From positions 167,255-231,254 of the forward strand of contig JAQGDQ010000183.1 in assembly GCA_030141605.1 (NCBI GenBank): a DNA stretch of 64,000 nt, written 5' to 3'. How positions within the stretch are numbered: position 1 is the first letter of the stretch; every line of letters starts with the position of its first letter. The position numbers were made by a program, and so were the translations under genes. The notes beneath the pieces are model-generated. The model was given only the letters and a program-made list of their open reading frames with translations, made no database searches and was not told the origin of the DNA. Positions 41,823-64,000 of the stretch are shown piece by piece. Source of the stretch: Tubiluchus corallicola. Taxonomy: Eukaryota; Animalia; Priapulida.

Positions 41823-42416
41823 TTAAAGCAAAACCGGACCCAATCATAAACTGAAGGTCAAAACAATCTACTCTTTAAAAATTGAAAGGAAATGTACTAT
41901 TTTTTCAAAAATGACTTACGTGTAAGAATTATTACCACACAAACATAATTTCATGTTCGCGCCACTAGTTCTTTGCTGATACATGCATTTCGCCATTCGT
42001 TAATGAGACGGACACTACTGCCTGCATTTCGGAAACGCGTTGCACAAAACCAAGTGCTGTACCTCTCAGTTCAGATGTGTTAGTTTGTGACGAACTGTAC
42101 ACGTTCGACAACTCATGTGTGAACTCAGCGGTAAAGTTGAACTTTGAAATTTTTATCTTAAAACTTCCCTAGTTTTAGTACAACACACTGAATATCTTAC
42201 AGTAGCACTGTACTTCTATTTTCACTTTCACAAACACATGCAACACGCTCGTGGAATATTTTTGCTGTTGAAAATTGTTAGTTTGTGATGTCATCAATAG
42301 TTGGCCTCGTTTGCCGTTAATTAAGTTTTTCATCTATTATTTGATTATCACAATGCTTTTGCAGTATTAATTGTGTTAAAATGTATACATTTTATCGGAC
42401 TTGAACATGGGGTAGT
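41823..42416. mobile_element. MITE family A, right end truncated
   Basis: TTAA|AGCAAAACCGGACCCAATC, colinear with 6556-7120. Confidence 0.85.
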
Positions 42417-43166
42417 GTAATTGCACTCGTTATACTTAGTTATAATCGCACGTGTAATACAAATGCATGTTAAACAAGCTGTCATGCATTTGTACAGCTA
42501 AACGAATCTAATCATGTGCATGAATAGTACATTGTTTAACAGTAAGACCCGTGATAATGTAGCATTCTACGTACTTTCTCTTGTAAACAGTTGAACGCTT
42601 GGCGAGTGCGTCATAGATTAGTACCCAGACAAAATACACAAAGCTCTCTGCACACTTAGTCATTGTAAGTAATTACGAAGTCATAGAAATGCCAAGAAAA
42701 ACAAAAATCCGGGATATGTCGTAACCCAGCCTGGGCCAAAATGAAACAGTGGTAGTTATATTCAGTATCAGCAAAATTTATTTTCAATGAACTTAAATGA
42801 ACAGTACGCTTATTATAGAAACAAGTACCAACATGGCACCCGTTTCAGAACAGTGAAATTTCATGTCTGATATACTGAAAAACTACAGATCAGATTTTTA
42901 TTAACAAAATTATTGAACACAATGTCTAGCAATAAATTTTAATTCTGATAAACAAATCTTGATCAAAATTAATGGTAATTGGTTGACAATGTTTCTGACG
43001 TGGTCAGAAACTGAAGATTTTGCCAACATTAGTTGTAAAATTCAGCCTTAAAAATGAAGAGATGACAGCTTTTTTTGAAGAGCTTATTTTCCTTTATTGA
43101 ATAGCTTGAATACATTGAAAATGCATTTCACAATGAAATCTCAACGTTTAACTATTCTGCCCATCA

Positions 43167-43764
43167 CCTTATAGGGTCACGGGGGGGGGGGTAAAAATTA
43201 CCCTCAGACCGGTTTTCTGCATTTTACCCTTTTACCATACGCATCCCAGTAAACCTTTTCTATGACTTTTTCTAAATATGTTTTGTGTACAAAATACTTT
43301 CAGTTATTTATTTTAGGCGCATTGTCTCACCACGAAATAAAAGTGAAAATGCAATATGTCGATTTTTAAAATTGTCGAAACTTTACTTCGCTTGTCGATA
43401 CATTATACATTATTAATGTCTACACATTAATTACTCCACCTAAAAGAAGAATGTAGTAGACCATAAATTCAAAATAACAATGATTTTTGCACACGCGCTA
43501 GCAATGTCGGTTGTCTACACTTATTCTAGCATAGATAAGGGAACGTAACTAAGTGAATTTAAATTTCGTATTACTAGTGAGTCACATGTCTTTAAGCAGA
43601 GGTATAATGTATCCTATGGTGGTCAGCATAACCACAAATTATGCTGTTGCTGTTTACTAATAAAACACGTCGGTTTATCAAAAGTAATTTACGAATTATG
43701 GTGGGGGTAATTTTTTTACCCATCGGTTACCAAAATTGGTTGTAAAAATCGTGACCTATAAGGG
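43167..43764 (-). mobile_element. piggyBac-like MITE family D, copy 2 (inverted)
   Basis: Reverse complement of 40897-41479 along its length, with the same TIR. Confidence 0.8.
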
Positions 43765-44039
43765 TGAAATGTCTTCCCCTTCGACAGAATGTCGTCATTT
43801 GACTTTCCAGTACGCCTATGTCTAATTTTAGTTTATGACTAGACTTAATGTTTGCCTTCAATATTCATGTTTAACCTGTATTCATATTTAACCTGCAGCA
43901 TTATTTATTATCACATACTCTGATTAACTTATCACGCCGTACTGTATCTATGATATATGTTCGGTTTCTCAATCTCATTAATAATCACAGCAAAATTCGA
44001 GTGGGTGACTGAGTAATAGGTGGAGGCACAGAGTCCAAA

Positions 44040-44148
44040 GTCTGAGCCGCGCCGCACCAGGTAGAGAAAGCTGTCAGCTGTCGACTCTACATATATACAC
44101 AAGGTTATCACTTTGTGCAGGAGAACATCTCGTTTTTTCTACTCTTTG
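44040..44148 (+). promoter_or_regulatory. Candidate non-coding first exon of tetraspanin B
   Basis: CpG-containing segment ending at TG|GTGAGT (44149). Coding exon 1 has an acceptor (ttttag, exon starts 45185) upstream of its ATG. Confidence 0.4.
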
Positions 44149-44209
44149 GTGAGTATAGCTTCGCTTCTCATGTAGCAAAACTTCATAATTTCTTACTGCC
44201 ATATTAGAT

Positions 44210-44440
44210 AGCACCCTGTTAGATATTAGTACCCTGTTAGATATTAGTACCCTGTTAAATAATAGGTATTAATAAGGTACCTGTATTAATAATAGGTACT
44301 CTGTTAGATATTAGTACCCTGTTAAATAATATGTATTAATAAGGTACCTGTATTAATAATAGGTACTCTGTTAGATGTTAGTACCCCGTTAGATATTAGT
44401 ACCCTGTTAAATATTAGTACCCTGTACCCTGTTAGATATT
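44210..44440. repeat. 18-bp tandem repeat
   Basis: GTACCCTGTTAGATATTA units. Confidence 0.8.
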
Positions 44441-45213
44441 ACAAAGCTTAAAAGGCAGTATTTTATGTACTTGCACTGAAACCATAATTAAGATATTTAT
44501 GTTTTTCGACAAGGCAGGAATTTTCTTCCTGAGACTAATGGACTTTTGTTTAATATGGCAATGATCTTAAGGCTTTTTAACTGACCACAAAAACTCTTAA
44601 AATATGTAAAGGTTCAATACTCAAACGTTTATGAAAGCATGTACAACGTCTTTGTTGACTTTTAGAAACCTTAAGACAAAGGCTCAATATAGACAAGCTA
44701 TCTTCTGTTAGTTCAACAATCATTTTAGACAATCAGATTTTTAAACGACCATGATTACGCCCTTGATTGGCCCATGGCTTATTACACGCGTGCTGTACCA
44801 TTTCATCTTAAAAACTATTGTTAATTCATTTAACTTCAAGCCAAGTCAATTTTAGTCCGATGCGTTGCGCCACCTATTGGCAAGACAGAGAAAGCAGGCG
44901 TTATTTTAACTTTTGACAAAATAATTGTTAAACTAAACAAGAGTTTCAACGCGGAACGACAACTAAAGTCCCATATATTAGTGACTTGAAAGACGCAGTA
45001 ACAAAAGTTATTCTTTATAAATGTATGTAAAATTGTAAAAATACGTGTAAAAATAAAATTTTAATGTAATATATTCTACCTCACGTTTGCACATTGCTGC
45101 GTTATACACAACAAAGTAGATCTGTCGTTATGTTTCTCAAATTCTCAAGAATTCAATTTTTCTTTCTGCAACGTTGTTTTTTAGAATTTTCCTAAGAAAC
45201 CGACTTAATCAAG

Positions 45214-58694
<13,481 letters not shown>

Positions 58695-59795
58695 CCGCCA
58701 TCTTGGAAATAGAGTTCCGGTGAAAGCGCCACTATTGGAAGAGATTTGAATCACAGAAGATTCACTAATAATTACGATACAGAAATTCTTAAGTAGATTT
58801 TGAGATTTTATATATATATATATATGTGATATACAATACAATACGATATAATTATATGAGGTATATACGTATTTGATTTGTATGTAATGCCTATGATACA
58901 GCAAAGCGTCCAGCATTTGCCGTGGGCGTAAAGCGTATGGAAATGAGAAACAATGTGTTTGTTGTCAATGTTTGACAAAACCAAAGATTTTGGCGGGTCG
59001 TTGGAAGCCACACGCTGGAAGCTCTTCCTACTTTGTTGAGCATCCAGCGTCTGTTCCTCAACCAGATAATGATGATCTGCAAATTATTGTGCGAATAAAT
59101 AACTCAAAAAAGCATTGCAAAAATGAATTTGATTTAATATCGTCCATTTTGTTTTTCTATTCGTTGTTAACTTACTAACCAGTGAATGCAGTGAATGCTG
59201 GACACTGGACACTAAAAGCCAGATGCTACACGTTGGACGCTTTGTGTGTCATAGGCTTTGTTGACAAAAATGTGGAACCAGTGTACGTGCAGCACTACAG
59301 CAGCAATCGTGTGATATTCATTCATGAAAACTTGGTGTCGCTGGCTACATCAACAATTGGAAGATATAAATTATAAAATCATATTTCAAAATTTTATTTA
59401 GATCCACTTGGTATTGCAAATCATAACTGTGTGGTACAATATTCCAAAATTCGATCAGCTGTGATGAAAGGAAGCTATAATTATGATGGACACCACGTGG
59501 TTCATACCTAACTAACCGCATTGCATTGTGGGTTTGTCACTCTGCATACCCTTTCTTCGCTTACACTGTGTCAGCAAATGGTACCCTCATACTTAAAAGT
59601 TATCACAATGAGATGTAAACGTATTTATTAATACTTTAATCGTTCTAGTATTTCTTAATTTAATCAGTTTTTTTAAATCCTTTTTTACTTCTTATTACCA
59701 GAAATCAAAAATCAACAAAGTGTTTGGAGAAATGAGTTCTTAGGCTACACCATTCCCATTGAGAAACCAACTTGAATCGATTCATGTTCATTTAT

Positions 59796-59984
59796 TACGG
59801 TGGTTTGTTAGGGACATAGCAAAATAAAAAATAAAGAAAGAAAGAAAAGTAAAAATTAACTCAAAATTTTGACTTCCTAAATTAAAATTTCCAGATACTA
59901 AGTCGGAATTTCCTGTTACTAAGTCGAAATTTCGAGGTAATAAATTTAATTTTAATTTCGCTATGTCCCTAGCAAGCCACCGTA
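59796..59984. mobile_element. Short non-autonomous element with TAC..GTA termini and a 6-bp TSD (IS3EU-like)
   Basis: ATTTAT|TACGGTGGTTTGTTAGGGACATAGC ... GCTATGTCCCTAGCAAGCCACCGTA|ATTTAT. Confidence 0.75.
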
Positions 59985-60764
59985 ATTTATAATCTATTGG
60001 AGTTGGGAATAACTAGATATTATAATGAGTGTTTTTTACTTAAAATTAAAAGCTCTTTCTCATGGTTATATCACTTTTATCTACTCTTTTCGGTTTCTTT
60101 TCACTAAGAGGAAATAAGGGGAACCTTTGGAGGCGATGATTCCCTTACATCCCTTAGGCTTACGTGTATTTAAATCAGTTTTTATTTCCTCGTATTGTAT
60201 TGCCATTGCCACTTTGAATGTCGTGGTGTGAACCACTTTTGGTATTACTTTTACACGTAAACTCATCTAAGGCTTGCCACCATTCCTAATTTGGCTCGGA
60301 GTCTCCTGAAATGCATCCATACTTCTATCGGACTTTTGAAAAATTCGGAATTCTCCTGATTTCGACCACTGCATCGAAATTTAAATGGGGAAAAACGGAA
60401 ATACATAAATACATGTTGCATGCCATTGAAAAGTTAAGAGTTAAACTAAAAACAGCAGAATCTCTCTTAAGTAAAACAGTAAACTTATTAAATTAAGTTT
60501 AAACGGCCACACGGCTAGATCATATAACGCCATCTACGTTTTCGTCAACTTTTGCTACAGGGGCAAGCGCTCCAGTGCAAACATTCTTCCTGTTTAACTT
60601 TAATTCACACAACATAAACTGTCTCCAGAAATCTAAAAAAAAGGTAAGAAATGCATTTGGACTGGGAAGGAACTTCAAAAGCTGATGTACGTTCCTTGCA
60701 CTTTTGGAAGTTTTAGGCTTTCAAGGCTTCTGAAATCAAGAAAATGTAGTGTTTTGTAGTTTAG

Positions 60765-61022
60765 CTTTCTTGACTTTGTTTTGTGCCGAAGTGGCAACCC
60801 CAGCTCTTGATTCCTGACTTTGGTTCGTGTCGAGGTGGCAACCCTAGCCGTTGACTCCTGACTTTGGTTCGTGTCGAGGTGGCAACCCTAGCTCTTGACT
60901 TCTGACTTTGGTTCGTGTCGAGGTGGCAACCCCAGCTCGTGACTCCTGACTTTGGTTCGTGTCGAGGTGGCAACCCTAGCTCTTGACTCCTGACTTTGGT
61001 TCGTGTCGAGGTGGCAATCCTA
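60765..61022. repeat. 44-bp minisatellite, about 6 units
   Basis: CTCCTGACTTTGGTTCGTGTCGAGGTGGCAACCCTAGCTCTTGA. Confidence 0.9.
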
Positions 61023-62485
61023 ATCTAAGTTGTAATCATTTCTATTTTAACCCTCTGACTCAAATGCCCAGAAATAACGCAATCGTAAAACAGGGAAATT
61101 TAGCTCCGCACAAATCATACACCTAATAATTATTAGTTAGTCAAATTATTAATATTTATTTACTTATGTTGGGTAGGTGGTTTTGAATTCTGTTTATTTA
61201 TTTTTAATGATTGATACGCAAGAACTACAGCTTTTTTAAATTATGCACAACTTTTTATAATTATGTATAGATGATGTAACTGAATGTTTGAGATTTAAAA
61301 ATAGTGACAATTTTAGTGAGAATATTAAAAATTAATTTAAACACTTGTGAAATTCGTAGATTTAGTTCGGGTAGATTAGTACCTGGGTAGTTTAGGCTGT
61401 TGTACTTTTGTTTTCTAGAATGAAAAATTTGGCTACAGTAGTTAATTACAGGAATAGATTAGTCTTGTTTGTAATACAGTCCAATTCAATTCAATAGGTT
61501 TTATTTGATCGATGCCAATTTCAGAAGCGTCCATAATTTAAGTGCTGCTGACAGGCTACTGGCATAGCAGTGTCTAGTTTTTTTGCTGGATGGCTGCTGT
61601 GTTCACCTGCCTTGAAGGCAGACTTCTTTTTATTTTAGAATTATACCTGCGCAATGTCTACAACAGACGTAATGCGCATATGGTGATAATAATAATGATG
61701 ATGATGATGATATGATAGTAATATTAAAGAAATATTGATAATTTAGAATGTAATATAATCTTTTATTTCTCTACCAATTAGTACGGTTTATTAGCTATTT
61801 CTTTGAAAAAAGTAATAGTTCTATAGACCCTTGACAATTGTGAATCTGCAGCTGCTGCAGTGTATGACGTACACCCTTTTAAAATGGCCACCAACGATTG
61901 CCATTTTGTCAACAGAAGTGGTGCATTGAGAAATGTAACATTAATTGATTTGTGGTATAGTGTATTTCATTGTGTTTGTAGAAACGAGCTTAATTTATTC
62001 AGATGTTTCAAATACAGATTAATGTATTTTGATTATTGTATTTTAGAAATTAAAGCAACTCAATAGTATAATAACGTGTAACGTCGTAATAAATAAACTA
62101 CTTTTGTTGTGGTACTAAAGCATATAGTTTGTTTATGTAACGATTGAGAACATAGGCGGCGCCAGAGTTTAAAAAATTTGACGCACAAAACAGCTAGGGT
62201 GACTGGGGTTTTCCTGTACCAAAAATTTTCCAAACATTTTTCCAAAAAGTGTTGAAGCATAACTTCCTTGGTAGAGGTAAGAATAACTAAAATAAATATA
62301 CCTCTCTGTAACCTTAACCATAAGCACATATATTACTAAGCTTGCCATTTTATCTACTTTTCCGTTAATGCCATTTTTCCTGTGCCAATTTTACACTACA
62401 TTCATAGAATCGGGTCGTGTCTGATTTTGTTGTTCCTTCTTCGTCGTCGTCTTCTTCTCCTCCTCCTCCTTTTCCTTTCTTCTTC

Positions 62486-63062
<577 letters not shown>

Positions 63063-63202
63063 ATTATACAAATAATAAGGGTACGTGTCAATGGCACTTG
63101 CTGGTGATAATCCCATAGAATCATAGAATCCTATAGAATTTACTAGGTGCTACTTTTATTATGCACCTCTAGAAATTCAAAATAATAATAGTAATATTCT
63201 CA

Positions 63203-64000
63203 TTATTAACAGACCATTTTTATGCCTATCATATAGAAAATCTGCTTTTCCATATGGTTGATTACACTCATCCTGCGCCAGATTCATACAAGCCATTCCT
63301 AATAGACCAGCAATATGCCGATGACATTGTGTGGATTAGTTTCCGAAATTCTGCACAGATACTGATAAAAAAGAATGCCCAAAATTAATAGAAAAAAGAA
63401 ATCTCAAAGTTAACAACACGAAAACTGAAGAATATAACACACCACGGGATGGAAATCAATCCTGGAAACGTTGCAAATACGTAGATGAGATCACTACTTA
63501 ACACAGATGAAGATACTTGTTACATATACATAGATCAAGATACTTGTTTACTTATGCATTGAAGAGTCACTGCCTTGTTTTGAGAGATAGTTTCTTGCGA
63601 GTTAGAATCGTTTTGTTACATTGTTAGAAATGGACAAAACCATACATTGCCCGTTGTTTATTATTTTTCATAGCATCTTTGTTAAGTATCTATCATCTGT
63701 GTTAAGTAGTGATCTCATCTACGTATTTGCAACGTTTCCAGGATTGATTTCCATCCCGTGGTGTGTTATATTCTTCAGTTTTCGTGTTGTTAACTTTGAG
63801 ATTTCTTTTTTCTATTAATTTTGGGCATTCTTTTTTATCAGTATCTGTGCAGAATTTCGGAAACTAATCCACACAATGTCATCGGCATATTGCTGGTCTA
63901 TTAGGAATGGCTTGTATGAATCTGGCGCAGGATGAGTGTAATCAACCATATGGAAAAGCAGATTTTCTATATGATAGGCATAAAAATGGTCTGTTAATAA
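63203..64000. repeat. Long inverted repeat (63203-63510 / 63693-64000) of a LINE RT fragment
   Basis: 308-bp arms read as exact reverse complements up to the window edge. The arm translates to PFLIDQQYADDIVW and, after a frameshift, RNLKVNNTKTEEY..WKRCKY. Confidence 0.9.

Overview
AT-rich, intron-containing animal (probably invertebrate) genomic DNA, not prokaryotic. Three protein-coding genes can be reconstructed by hand. (1) An intronless, minus-strand cysteine-type ER glutathione peroxidase (GPX7/GPX8-like, 12310-13029) with a signal peptide, a long charged C-terminal extension and a KEEL end. (2) A 9-coding-exon tetraspanin (21654-35570, 261 aa). (3) A tandem paralogous tetraspanin (45214-58694, 246 aa) with identical intron phases that has lost the polar Glu residues of TM3 and TM4. 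The first tetraspanin coding exon has a splice acceptor upstream of its ATG, and the best first-exon candidates lie at about 1.9-2.0 kb and 6.0-6.2 kb, so the peroxidase is probably nested antisense in the tetraspanin 5' intron. That nesting is an inference. The rest is a dense set of non-autonomous DNA transposons (TTAA-type, piggyBac-like, Tc1/mariner-like, hAT-like, IS3EU-like), LINE fragments (one amplified into a minisatellite, one in a 308-bp inverted repeat), a tRNA-derived SINE, many minisatellites and microsatellites. Almost all ORFs in the supplied track other than 12310..13029 are repeat artefacts or partial exon overlaps. All comparisons were made by eye; no database searches were run.
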